Shown here piece by piece: positions 18,032 to 27,949 of a stretch of 64,000 nucleotides of DNA. The stretch is taken from positions 1-64,000 of the IMG/VR virus record IMGVR_UViG_3300045596_000094. One strand, given 5' to 3'. Each line of letters opens with the position of its first letter. The first letter of the stretch is position 1. Origin of the DNA: a virus (Duplodnaviria > Caudoviricetes). Under the pieces are notes generated by a model that did no database searches, was not told the DNA's origin, and saw nothing but the letters and a program-made list of their open reading frames with translations. The translations under genes were made by a program, and so were the position numbers.

Positions 18032-18656
18032 TTGAACTCGCCTTATTTGCTTTTCTAAAAGTATTCACCACCGACACTAAATGTTTTCGAAATTGTGCTT
18101 TGTTTTGGTCAGTGACTGGTTTGTTAAAACTTCTTACAACAGTTATCCATACCCGGATGACGGTCAATGAATTCATAAGGGCACGCATACCTTCACCATG
18201 TGAACCCCATATTGATTTCCCAGGGTTGATCTGCTCCCAGATAAACGAAATACATTCTTTCGGAGGAGAATTCTCTGGATATTTCTTAGCCCATTTCACT
18301 AAAAAGTCAAAACTCTTCATGCGTTTCTTCTTGCGAATTTCAGCTATCTTCCATTCATCAACTAGATGTAATTGATCAGCCTTAATAAACTCTAATTGAT
18401 TAGCATTAAACCAACTCACATGGTTATCTCGGAATTTCAAACCTAGTGAATGTGGACTACCGCAACCAAACTTAGATAGGTAAGTAGTATCAATTACGGC
18501 TTCTTTCCCTATGAATTCAGTCTTTGCAATATCACACGCATCACAGCGAACTACACGCACATGATCGCCAATCTGGGCATGGTTGCCGTTGTTGAGATAA
18601 CCGTCTTTAAGTGCATCTGCAATTACATCTTTCATTGATTTTTCAATTGACATCAT
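18024..18656 (-). CDS. hypothetical protein
   Basis: 210 aa ORF in operon. Confidence 0.75.
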   Translation of the reverse strand: MMSIEKSMKDVIADALKDGYLNNGNHAQIGDHVRVVRCDACDIAKTEFIGKEAVIDTTYLSKFGCGSPHSLGLKFRDNHVSWFNANQLEFIKADQLHLVDEWKIAEIRKKKRMKSFDFLVKWAKKYPENSPPKECISFIWEQINPGKSIWGSHGEGMRALMNSLTVIRVWITVVRSFNKPVTDQNKAQFRKHLVSVVNTFRKANKASSNV

Positions 18657-19110
18657 TCAGTCCTTCTGGTCGTTTATATCGTAAATCGTACCAGTCATGG
18701 ATACGGTCGTGCGTTTTAAGGTATTCAACAAATTGGTCAGTCGCTCTAATCTTTAGATCGTGAACATTCCAATTCTCATCGAACACAAATGGTTTTTCAC
18801 TCACCAACAAATCATTCCAAAACGGGTCGTCGATGTATTCAATTATACCACGACCATCGGTATAATAGTCGTCAGTAAATTGTCCAATAAATATATTCTT
18901 CCACCACAGTAACCAAACATCGTGAGATATCTTTAAGGACTTAATATCTGACATTAATTTGGGATGAAAAGAATATTCCCCAGCTGACACCCCTATATCT
19001 TCCTCGATAGCCTCGATAAACCGAGAACTATCTGGAAAACCACCCTTAACTTGTGGGTGATCATGAAGAAGTGTTGCTACCGTGTCGATGCGTGTGACAA
19101 ATTTCGACAT
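18643..19110 (-). CDS. hypothetical protein
   Basis: 155 aa ORF. Confidence 0.75.
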   Translation of the reverse strand: MSKFVTRIDTVATLLHDHPQVKGGFPDSSRFIEAIEEDIGVSAGEYSFHPKLMSDIKSLKISHDVWLLWWKNIFIGQFTDDYYTDGRGIIEYIDDPFWNDLLVSEKPFVFDENWNVHDLKIRATDQFVEYLKTHDRIHDWYDLRYKRPEGLNDVN

Positions 19111-19128
19111 GCCTGATCCCCACTACTG

Positions 19129-19401
19129 TTATAGGTTTAAAGTTGTAGTTTTTGTTTGAGTAAAATACACCCACTCGCCTTGATTCAACTTAATAGAGTC
19201 TGGATGTCCGGTGTATGTAAACCATGTTTTGGTAGGGGGTTTCTCTTTACCTTTACTGATGCGGGCATTTTCAAAGCTATCTACCCAACCCATGGTAGCC
19301 ATACTTTTGCCATCCGATGGATAAACCTCACCCCAAAACTTACCTTCTTTCATCATAACCCAACCCTCTAGGCTAGTCTCGATAACATTAGTATTTGACA
19401 T
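19129..19401 (-). CDS. Trp-rich hypothetical protein, paralog family B
   Basis: Paralog of 17735..18031; AAGGA RBS. Confidence 0.8.
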   Translation of the reverse strand: MSNTNVIETSLEGWVMMKEGKFWGEVYPSDGKSMATMGWVDSFENARISKGKEKPPTKTWFTYTGHPDSIKLNQGEWVYFTQTKTTTLNL

Positions 19402-19421
19402 CTTTCATTCCTTCTGCTGGT

Positions 19422-19952
19422 TTAATTAAGTAGTGTTATATTTTGGTCAGATTTTAGATCAGGCTTACGCAATAGAAAACCCATCAGGATGATAGAAGAC
19501 TCAATCAGATAACCTATGATGACCTTGCGTTGCGCTTCATCAAAATCGGTAATAGTACGACTAATGATGAGATAAAGCGGTCGCTCAGTAGGCGGAACCC
19601 CACGAGCAATTGGATTATCCAGTGTTAAGGTTTCCTTTATTTCTACTGCACAATTTAATTTATCCCAATCACTCGAAGCCACCCCTACCAGATCTAAGAT
19701 GTCCTGATGATAAAACTCAAGGCAATGTTCAAGTACAGCTTTGATATTCGGCATAACGGGAATATCAGTATGCCAGCCACCTTTCGGAGCATTAACGATC
19801 AATGTCGTATTGTCTTGCTCAAACCAGGTCTGTACTAATCCAGCCTTTACAACACAGACGTTATCGTATTCTAAGTCACTATGAACTTGTGCTTCTACAG
19901 CTGTAGTGACATGCTCGATTATTTCTTTAACTGAAGTATGAATGTTTTCCAT
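19422..19952 (-). CDS. hypothetical protein
   Basis: 176 aa ORF, GAGG RBS preceded by hairpin 19964-19993. Confidence 0.75.
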   Translation of the reverse strand: MENIHTSVKEIIEHVTTAVEAQVHSDLEYDNVCVVKAGLVQTWFEQDNTTLIVNAPKGGWHTDIPVMPNIKAVLEHCLEFYHQDILDLVGVASSDWDKLNCAVEIKETLTLDNPIARGVPPTERPLYLIISRTITDFDEAQRKVIIGYLIESSIILMGFLLRKPDLKSDQNITLLN

Positions 19953-20136
19953 TATTAAACCTCAGAGTAGATATCCCTAAAGGTATCTACTCTAGTAATA
20001 TTAGTAATTAGATAAGGTGTACACCACCCCACCCATATTCCCTAAGACATAATCCCTTAGGACTATATCTTCAGATTATAACTAAAAGCAATAATAAATT
20101 ACTCATTTTCTAAAATAACAATACCCATACTTTCCT

Positions 20137-20526
20137 CTAACCAATCAAACGATTACCCGCCCAATCATACTGTTTTAAAATTTGACCATGTACACCGTAA
20201 ATGATCAATGTCGTTTTATAAGGGAAAAGAGATAGCCCTACTTGTGATACTACTCCGACAGGGACATAAATGTTACCATGGTCAGTATGTACACTGAATG
20301 CACGTTTACCTACGTGATAGACTTGTACGGAGCTATCCGTACGAAGAATGATTCTTAATGTATCTTTGTAGATTGTTAGTCTTTGAGCGATATATCCAGC
20401 TTCTTCTTCAGAACCTGGTGTATAAGGGGTTTGTCCTCTAACCAATGGGTTGAGTGCCCCAGAAGCTAAAAGGTCAATAGCCGCTTTTGTACGACCCCAG
20501 CGCTTTTCTAAGGATTCAGCCATCAA
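20137..20526 (-). CDS. hypothetical protein
   Basis: 129 aa ORF, AGGAG RBS. Confidence 0.7.
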   Translation of the reverse strand: MMAESLEKRWGRTKAAIDLLASGALNPLVRGQTPYTPGSEEEAGYIAQRLTIYKDTLRIILRTDSSVQVYHVGKRAFSVHTDHGNIYVPVGVVSQVGLSLFPYKTTLIIYGVHGQILKQYDWAGNRLIG

Positions 20527-21197
20527 TCATCTCCTGGTTCAATAAAGCGATATTTCCGTGTGAGCATGTAATTTTCTGGGAGTGTAGCCCAGATATTTAG
20601 CTGGCGGTAACATTCGAAAACAACAACGGTATCAGGTGCGTTCTTATTGGTTCTCAGAAGCTTTGCACCAATCAAACGATTTAGTCGCTGCTCGAGTAAG
20701 ATTTCCGCTTCTGCAACTGATTCCATATAGAGTGCCGCTGCCTCTTTCCATTGTTCATGCGTGAGTTCCTGAGGGCAAAGGTCTCGAGCTAGATCGTCCT
20801 CGTCCAAAGGAAATAAAGCTGGGATAATCCAAAGCGGTTCAACATATGCCTGCAGGTGTTGACTCATTTTAACTTTACTAAGAAACACAGTTACAATATT
20901 TACAGGATGCTCACCAATTAACTTACTAATACCGTTGCTTTGTTTTTCAAATTCTGGGTTAAACTGATCATTCGAGGAGTTAATGATTGCTTTCACATCG
21001 TTATAGATAGCGACCACCGGATTCCAACGAGCAGTGATTAAACTAAATTTCCAGAATATCCAAAGAGCTTTGATATGTGTTTCAAAAGACATCTTTGCTG
21101 CGGGTTTGACCATATATGCGTAGATGATAATTAACCCAGTATGTACTAAGTATAAACCTATAATGGAGAGAAATACATTTAATGCAATAACTAACAT
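20523..21197 (-). CDS. membrane-anchored hypothetical protein
   Basis: N-terminal hydrophobic helix. Confidence 0.75.
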   Translation of the reverse strand: MLVIALNVFLSIIGLYLVHTGLIIIYAYMVKPAAKMSFETHIKALWIFWKFSLITARWNPVVAIYNDVKAIINSSNDQFNPEFEKQSNGISKLIGEHPVNIVTVFLSKVKMSQHLQAYVEPLWIIPALFPLDEDDLARDLCPQELTHEQWKEAAALYMESVAEAEILLEQRLNRLIGAKLLRTNKNAPDTVVVFECYRQLNIWATLPENYMLTRKYRFIEPGDD

Positions 21198-21206
21198 GAG
21201 CTTTCC

Positions 21207-21773
21207 TTAAAGTTTGATATAGTGGTTAACGAAACTAGGTAATCCTTCCCACTTATCAATAATGATCGCAGGGAATACAGATTCATCATAACGCATGTGG
21301 TTATGGAAATCATTTACCAAAGTTTGCTTTTTATCTGGATTAGGTTCTTCAGAATAGAACCACCAGATGATGTCGTGATTATTTGGAGATCTTTGATCGT
21401 ACATGAAACCGAGCTGATCAATAGTTGCTTCGATAACAAATACATTCCGTGTGATATCTCCCAGAAATGTTGTATAGGGCGTCATCACTTTTGGGCTACG
21501 TAACTGTTCTTCCAAACTACCCATCGCGAAGGGTCCTTGGATGGGGTAAACTACGTCTAACATTTCTGGATCATTAGGAAAGTTATTTGTAATCCAAAGA
21601 AGATTGTTTAACTCTTTAGGTAAACGAACAGCAATGTTTCGACGACCAATATTACGACGTAACCGACTATTGAGTTCTAATAACCCCAACATAAAAGGTG
21701 CAGGTTCTGGGGATCGATCCGCTGTATTCTTCTTACGTTTTATTTTAACGGGGAATTTAATACCTTTACTCAT
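21207..21773 (-). CDS. hypothetical protein
   Basis: 188 aa, GGAG RBS, first gene after a promoter motif. Confidence 0.75.
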   Translation of the reverse strand: MSKGIKFPVKIKRKKNTADRSPEPAPFMLGLLELNSRLRRNIGRRNIAVRLPKELNNLLWITNNFPNDPEMLDVVYPIQGPFAMGSLEEQLRSPKVMTPYTTFLGDITRNVFVIEATIDQLGFMYDQRSPNNHDIIWWFYSEEPNPDKKQTLVNDFHNHMRYDESVFPAIIIDKWEGLPSFVNHYIKL

Positions 21774-21787
21774 GAGGTTTCTCCAAA

Positions 21788-21809
21788 GGGTTCAAATTAA
21801 TAGTGTATA
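21788..21809 (-). promoter_or_regulatory. putative early promoter TATACACTATTAATTTGAACCC
   Basis: Copy of the repeated motif immediately downstream of a terminator. Confidence 0.7.
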
Positions 21810-21825
21810 GGCATAAATGTTTGAT

Positions 21826-21853
21826 ATAGAGTAGCCCTTAAGGGCTACTCTAT
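21826..21853 (-). terminator. hairpin terminator, perfect 28-bp palindrome, followed by TTTATGC
   Basis: ATAGAGTAGCCCTTAAGGGCTACTCTAT. Confidence 0.8.
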
Positions 21854-21857
21854 TCAG

Positions 21858-23111
21858 TTAGTCTATTTCCCCAAGTTCAGGGAGAGCATCAATAATCTTA
21901 CGGATAGCTTCAGTTGATTCATCAAGCATATAGATAAAGAACCACTGATCCAAACTACTTGTAGAAAGGCGTTCGTATTCTAGATGCTCATCGAGTAAAC
22001 CTACGGAGGTAATAGGTAGTGGTGATTCTAACTCTGTAGTGATTTGGGAATCTAAAGACACCGCACTCCGACCGAATTTAATGTAAGAACGATGTCCTTT
22101 AAACTCAACCGGTATGCGATACACCAGAGCGTCACCTTCCCCTTCCCACATCGCTGTAGAAAGATCGTGGGACACTATAGCTTTCTTGATTGCTGCACTA
22201 TAAGCAACCTCTGTTTCATTCCGTTTACAACGCACCTTGTCAATATAACATTTCTCTTTATACGAGTATTGAAGATAGAAATGTGCGGTATCAGTTACTG
22301 CAGTAATCGTAAGAAGTTTGTCTAATTGATCTAAAGGAATTAGGCCCGGAAGATATAGTCCAGTCCATGGATTCACTACGATTGATTTCGTAAACTTCGG
22401 GTGGTTAAAAACCAAGAAGTTTGTTTCTATTGGGACTTGTAAGTAATTTGAACTATCTAAACAATCTGCCAAATAATCCAAGAAACTTTTGTGATCCATT
22501 CCATCTGAAATGAGAAACTCAACATTTCGTGTATCTTCCGGATTAAAGGTATAACCATAATGCGTAGGCGACCAATCGAAACCATCAATTGCTAAATGTC
22601 GGGCATCCCCGCCACATAGAGTATTTCCAAACTGAGCATTAGCACCCACTACAGAACTTAGGTGCGATACGATACGTCCTTGAATATGGATACCCTCAGT
22701 GCTATACACAGGGACAATTACGGTATCTTCATTGAGCATAATCGCATTAACCGACAGTGATAATCGGTTAGTGGAAAACTGAAAATCGAAAAGTGGTGAG
22801 CTCATCGTTTCAGACCATTCTAACCATCGGTCTACGGTATGCACCAATCCAGGATTAACCAATACAAATGAACTATATGTGGTGTCCATGACTTCTTTAC
22901 AGTAGTCAATGAGATGCGTTGTAAACATCGAAACAGTACTGTAAATGATAGTGTTGGTGGTATTATCGTTTCTCGCTACTGAACACTGTGTGCTCAAAGC
23001 GGGGTTGATTTTCTCTAACCACTTAATGAATAACTTTAGATCCGATTTAAATTCTACGATCTCTGGAGATTCCTTTGGTTTTCGCTTAGCGAATTGAATA
23101 ACATCAGACAT
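21858..23111 (-). CDS. hypothetical protein
   Basis: 417 aa ORF. Confidence 0.8.
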   Translation of the reverse strand: MSDVIQFAKRKPKESPEIVEFKSDLKLFIKWLEKINPALSTQCSVARNDNTTNTIIYSTVSMFTTHLIDYCKEVMDTTYSSFVLVNPGLVHTVDRWLEWSETMSSPLFDFQFSTNRLSLSVNAIMLNEDTVIVPVYSTEGIHIQGRIVSHLSSVVGANAQFGNTLCGGDARHLAIDGFDWSPTHYGYTFNPEDTRNVEFLISDGMDHKSFLDYLADCLDSSNYLQVPIETNFLVFNHPKFTKSIVVNPWTGLYLPGLIPLDQLDKLLTITAVTDTAHFYLQYSYKEKCYIDKVRCKRNETEVAYSAAIKKAIVSHDLSTAMWEGEGDALVYRIPVEFKGHRSYIKFGRSAVSLDSQITTELESPLPITSVGLLDEHLEYERLSTSSLDQWFFIYMLDESTEAIRKIIDALPELGEID

Positions 23112-23419
23112 TAGTTAGTTCCATTTAAGTTAAAAGCAATTTCATTACCAGTATAGAAGTAATATTTAGGTTTAAAATTAACACTACCGGTGTAACCCAG
23201 TAATTTACGTAACATAGGGTCTTCCCAATCAGGTACGCTATTCGTAATAAAGAACTGAATGGCTTCTTTATCTTAGGTACAGTATTTGAGAAGATCATTT
23301 ACTAGATCTTCTTCGGTATCAAAGCGTTCAACATAGTTAAAAATGTCAAACGGAACATGATGTTTTTCATTAAGTAGATAACTAATGATGTTAAGTTCTT
23401 CAGCAGTATATTGTTTCAT
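23111..23419 (-). pseudogene. 102-codon gene with one internal TAA (23273-23275)
   Basis: AGGA RBS; MKQYTAEELNII...LLKYCT*DKEAIQFF...NGTN*; final stop overlaps next ATG (TAATG). Confidence 0.7.
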
Positions 23420-23448
23420 GGGATGTCCTAAATGGGATATATTTAAAG

Positions 23449-24045
23449 TTAAATTTCATAAACCAATGTTGTCGATATAAGACCTTGGGCCATTGTTAGT
23501 TTATGAAGAAGTGCAGTTGTAGGTTCGGTATCTGAACCTTTAGGTACAGCAATCACTCTGATACATGGATTAAAATCCTTTTTACGAATTACGCTTTTTT
23601 TACCCGTACTCAATTTACTGAGGTCATAACTATTTAATTGAAGCGGTAGGGTTCTTCCAATAATTTCCATCTCTAACTGGGTTTGTTGAAATTCATCCAG
23701 CTCAGATTTAACTGGATTATCTTTAAGTATTGTTTCGAATGACCTATATATTCTACGCATCGAACTCATCAAAGATTTTTGTTTTTCAAACTCATCTGTT
23801 AGAAAAGAAAACCCAGGTGCGAGTTCTATCTGTAGAGCTAACTGATAAAGCTTTTGGGTGTCGATAAATCCAAAAAGAATATGTCGATGAAGATAACTCG
23901 TATAGACTTTATGTTTCATTTGTTTACCAACCATACTGCCGGCTAAAGATAAAGAAAGACCAGCAATAATTTGCTGGCGGTCTTCTTCGCGAATCGTTAA
24001 ATCATAAATCAAAAGGAATCTCCTTATCAGATTCTTGAGTTTCAA
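23449..24045 (-). CDS. hypothetical protein
   Basis: 198 aa ORF. Confidence 0.65.
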   Translation of the reverse strand: MKLKNLIRRFLLIYDLTIREEDRQQIIAGLSLSLAGSMVGKQMKHKVYTSYLHRHILFGFIDTQKLYQLALQIELAPGFSFLTDEFEKQKSLMSSMRRIYRSFETILKDNPVKSELDEFQQTQLEMEIIGRTLPLQLNSYDLSKLSTGKKSVIRKKDFNPCIRVIAVPKGSDTEPTTALLHKLTMAQGLISTTLVYEI

Positions 24046-26242
24046 AAGTGAATGGTACTATCGTGAAGTTTTGAGCAATTTTATCAAGGTAGTTACGAAT
24101 ACCATAACTTGCACTTAACATTCCTGCAAAAACATTCTCATACGTTACCTCTTTGGTTACCTTTTCTTCTAACCTCGAATTGAAGCGGAGCTCTGTTATC
24201 CATTCGAAAAAAGAGTGTTTATGGTGAGGTAATAAAGATCTTCCAACTATTGGAGGTAAATATGGATGCATGGTAAGCTGTCTACCGTAACGAAATGTAT
24301 GGTTAGTTGCTAGCTCACGGTGTTTCATTATGGTAACTTCGAGCTTATCTTTCTCGGTAAGGAACATATCAGACATGTTAGTCACTTTGGAGGTATCCCA
24401 CTCAGTCAAATCTTGATGAAAGCTGCGGTGGGCGTGATACTGTCGCTCAAAATCAAGAGGTTGCCCTAGCCATCCGGGGAGATAATCTCGTATAGATTCG
24501 CCGGATGTAGAAGGTTTCCAATGACTTTCAGTCACCCTTCTAGCCTCCATCTCCTCAAACTGCTTAGCTATGGCGTCAGGGTCCAGAGGGTCATCTAACG
24601 CCTGCCAGCGGATATTTGAGGATACCTCATACCCGCGTAGCTTACAGTATGCCTCAATATAGTTATCCTCAGTAACGTGGATCGTCGGATGCGCGACACT
24701 GTAGGCTAAACGGGATTCGGATAGCGAAGGGGACAGCATTTTCGTTTTGATCGATATTAAACTATCCGGATCAGAACAATCAAAAAGAGCCATATACAAC
24801 TTACATTCTTCTTCAGCGGTAATGGTTCTATTTCTATAACCTTTTACCTGACTAATGCGATATCTATTACCGTCAATGGTAAAATCGCGTTGACCGTAAA
24901 GATCATGAAAAGGGGTGCTTTCGCTTTCCTTCGTCATTTCTAAGGTTAAACCGTATTGATCCACCTCGGTGTCTATGTGAAAGAATATAGAAGACCCTTC
25001 GACACATTTATTTACATAGCTATCCCCACCACAACAGTGATTCATGGACTGACCTTCTAAAACTTGTCTTAAGCTGTTCCCAATATGTTCCCACGTGGAT
25101 GGCAGTTTTGAGAAACTCTTATCTAGTTTAGGGAATGGTTTAGGGTTATGGCTATTGAGGAGAAGATCCGCTTTAACCTTGCCAAAGGTATTGATGTGTT
25201 TGGAATAAAAGTCTTTAGGATGAGTCTCTAGTTTTAATCCTTGCACCTCACTATAACAACCCACAGATTCAACCAATTCATGATGATTTAATCGCAACCT
25301 ACCGCCACCGAAACGTTTGTCCTCTGGCGTGTAAAACGTATATGAATTAAACCACTGAGTGTATTTGGACAACCAAATAACCATGCCGATCTGATTAAGA
25401 ACTGTGCGGTTAAACCCAGCGTTTCCACCAACATAACCTTCCTGAAGACCACGCCATTCATAAAAATTAGACACCATGTTTTTACGCTTTATCAGTTTAA
25501 TCAACTGCCTTAAAAACATTTTCGGATACGTTTTTTCTTTTAGACTAGAGAAGTTATATTTGTCACGCATCAAGCCCGAATTGCCGATGAAGAAATTTTT
25601 TACATCCAACGTCGCTTCCAATTCGAACAGATCGTCTTTAGCATTAAATATGTTGGCAAGATATCGGTAATCCCACAACTCTTCAAAACATCCGATATCT
25701 CCTGAATCACGTATATATGCGATGACTTCCTTAAATAGTTTCTTAATCGTTAAACCCATTGCCATGATGTTGGTATTCAGATTTTGATTCAGTTTCCAAT
25801 ATTTGATATCAAGGGGTTTCCCTCTATGTGTCATGAAGGCATCCAGCACTCTAAAAGATTGCAGATCTTCAACAAATAGTTGACCACTGTTTCCACTACG
25901 CAGTAGCTGTCTCAGTTGCGGAAGAAACTGCGGGTATTCTTCATGGACAGTAATGGTTGCTGCTGCAGCACAACATTGATAGTCATCACCCAAAATCTCA
26001 TACGCCTTCTTTTCCATTTCCCAATCTATGGTTTCATCCATTGATGCTCTAGATATAACGCTGGCTAACTTGTACGGGATATCTCTTTTCTTGCTAGTGA
26101 TTGTGGCTAGATCTACACGCTTATTCATTTGACTGGCAGAAAGAACAAGACCCATCGCTTCGGGTTTGTTATATTTCAATCTGCTGATTAGATATTCTAT
26201 TTCGAACTTATGTCTTTCAAAAAGCAACTGTAAAGGAGTCAT
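24002..26242 (-). CDS. PcfJ-like domain protein carrying one DUF285/PARCEL-type repeat
   Basis: EGQSMNHCCGG.SY...C..G.S.FF...TLE...SQVKGYRN (PcfJ-like); FHQDLTEWDTSKVTNMSDMF. Confidence 0.7.
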   Translation of the reverse strand: MTPLQLLFERHKFEIEYLISRLKYNKPEAMGLVLSASQMNKRVDLATITSKKRDIPYKLASVISRASMDETIDWEMEKKAYEILGDDYQCCAAAATITVHEEYPQFLPQLRQLLRSGNSGQLFVEDLQSFRVLDAFMTHRGKPLDIKYWKLNQNLNTNIMAMGLTIKKLFKEVIAYIRDSGDIGCFEELWDYRYLANIFNAKDDLFELEATLDVKNFFIGNSGLMRDKYNFSSLKEKTYPKMFLRQLIKLIKRKNMVSNFYEWRGLQEGYVGGNAGFNRTVLNQIGMVIWLSKYTQWFNSYTFYTPEDKRFGGGRLRLNHHELVESVGCYSEVQGLKLETHPKDFYSKHINTFGKVKADLLLNSHNPKPFPKLDKSFSKLPSTWEHIGNSLRQVLEGQSMNHCCGGDSYVNKCVEGSSIFFHIDTEVDQYGLTLEMTKESESTPFHDLYGQRDFTIDGNRYRISQVKGYRNRTITAEEECKLYMALFDCSDPDSLISIKTKMLSPSLSESRLAYSVAHPTIHVTEDNYIEAYCKLRGYEVSSNIRWQALDDPLDPDAIAKQFEEMEARRVTESHWKPSTSGESIRDYLPGWLGQPLDFERQYHAHRSFHQDLTEWDTSKVTNMSDMFLTEKDKLEVTIMKHRELATNHTFRYGRQLTMHPYLPPIVGRSLLPHHKHSFFEWITELRFNSRLEEKVTKEVTYENVFAGMLSASYGIRNYLDKIAQNFTIVPFTFETQESDKEIPFDL

Positions 26243-26274
26243 TGTTAATCTCTAGATAGGCGGTATAAGTTAAA

Positions 26275-26328
26275 AGAGAAGCCGAAGCTTCTCTAGGATT
26301 CAAGATAATAATGTATATTTAAAAATGG
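26275..26328 (-). promoter_or_regulatory. putative early promoter with UUCG leader hairpin
   Basis: TATACATTATTATCTTGAATCC then AGAGAAGC-TTCG-GCTTCTCT. Confidence 0.75.
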
Positions 26329-26329
26329 T

Positions 26330-26932
26330 TTATTTGTTGCCGAGAATCTGTTTAGCCCAAGCTTCCATGCAAGAGGATGTTGCCTTACTTGTTTTCTCGC
26401 TAAACGTGATGGTTGGGCGAGGTTCTCCTTGACCACGGGTAGTTGTTGGTACTCGTTTCAACGGAAACGATTGTTTGTCCTCCTCATTTGCAAAACGAGT
26501 TAATGGTTCACAATACCCACCTTCGAAGAAACAACGGTCGTAAGAATGACATAGTTCTACGTACTGCTCAATCGTTTCATGGTTGTCTTTCGACCAGATA
26601 AGAATACCGGCATGCCCAATACCAATCAATTCGTTATTGTGGAAATGGTATTGAATATCGTGGTCATTCGCATTACCCCATTGCATCACTGCGCCATTAA
26701 AGGTTTTCTCTTGAATGGCTTTTAGCTCACTATCGTTTTCCCAACCGTTACGCGCACTTTGATGTAAATAGTCACCAAGCGTTTCTAAACTCAGTAATAG
26801 TCGACCCTCGTCGTCCTTCTTAATTACGAAAGAGCTCCCCCAGTTATCCAAATAACCACCACCAAATCGTGATAGGTCTGGTAAACCTTCTGAAGAGTTT
26901 TTATCTATACGAATATAACTTACAGCACCCAT
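26330..26932 (-). CDS. hypothetical protein
   Basis: 200 aa ORF, GGAG RBS. Confidence 0.75.
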   Translation of the reverse strand: MGAVSYIRIDKNSSEGLPDLSRFGGGYLDNWGSSFVIKKDDEGRLLLSLETLGDYLHQSARNGWENDSELKAIQEKTFNGAVMQWGNANDHDIQYHFHNNELIGIGHAGILIWSKDNHETIEQYVELCHSYDRCFFEGGYCEPLTRFANEEDKQSFPLKRVPTTTRGQGEPRPTITFSEKTSKATSSCMEAWAKQILGNK

Positions 26933-26933
26933 T

Positions 26934-27515
26934 CTAATCTCCGATATCTATAATCAGATCAAGGTTAATTGTCCCTAATACTCCCTCGATCTCACATTGG
27001 TTGTTTCTACGATCTAACTCCAGAGTATGAAGATCCGTAGCGAAAAACATATATGCCCCATGAGTGGTCGTTGAGACCTTATCTGGTGCACTACCGAATT
27101 CCGATTTAATACCGATATCATGAATCTGCACATTACTTTTAGTAATGAGATACGGATAACGGTCTGTGAGTAAATCTTTCAGATTAACATTCTGTTTGGC
27201 ATTATCAGAAGTTAAAGTTAGTTCTAATTTTGTAGCATACAGTTCCTGATTGTATTCAGGTGGTTTACCATCCATGTAAGTCGAAGGGAAACCGTTCATT
27301 CGATTAAACATTACATTGTTATAATGCTTAACTAACTCACTTGCAGCGTTTAAGGTTAACTCAACATCATGACATTCCAGTAGATGGTTACGAATCGCAG
27401 CACCAGTCAGCTCTTTACCGTAACCATTATGCATAATCTGGTTTTTTACAAATTCCTTTACAATGGTGTTAGCACCATTCCAAAAGTCTTCTTTTGTTTC
27501 GTACTTTATCATCAT
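26934..27515 (-). CDS. hypothetical protein
   Basis: 193 aa ORF. Confidence 0.75.
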   Translation of the reverse strand: MMIKYETKEDFWNGANTIVKEFVKNQIMHNGYGKELTGAAIRNHLLECHDVELTLNAASELVKHYNNVMFNRMNGFPSTYMDGKPPEYNQELYATKLELTLTSDNAKQNVNLKDLLTDRYPYLITKSNVQIHDIGIKSEFGSAPDKVSTTTHGAYMFFATDLHTLELDRRNNQCEIEGVLGTINLDLIIDIGD

Positions 27516-27532
27516 ATCGCACCTGTCGTGTT

Positions 27533-27922
27533 TTATGAACGTTTAAAATCAATTCGGTAAGTGATCTTACCTAGCCTCACAACAGTCGCGCGGCGACCGC
27601 TACCGATGGCTTTTAAGTAGTCCCCATCGGATGAGGTTATGGTATAATCTTGTTGCGTTATGGCATGTGCGGATATACTGTCACGAACAAAAGTTTGGGT
27701 GAAATTGGTTTCCCATCCGCCCACTACACCGTCTATAATTGCGAGATGTTCGCCGTAATTTCTTGTTGGAATTTCGAAAATAACATCAACTATCTTACTA
27801 CCTGATTCGACTTTATCGGACTGTGCGCTCGTGTCTATCTTTGAACTCATTGTACCTAACCAATAAACTAAACCTAGCGTAGCGATAAAAACTAAAATCC
27901 AATAATAGCTTAACTCCAACAT
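27533..27922 (-). CDS. single-TM membrane protein
   Basis: N-terminal TM YYWILVFIATLGLVYWLG; GGAG RBS. Confidence 0.75.
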   Translation of the reverse strand: MLELSYYWILVFIATLGLVYWLGTMSSKIDTSAQSDKVESGSKIVDVIFEIPTRNYGEHLAIIDGVVGGWETNFTQTFVRDSISAHAITQQDYTITSSDGDYLKAIGSGRRATVVRLGKITYRIDFKRS

Positions 27923-27949
27923 CTTTGTCTCCCTATAGGGATGGTCAGC

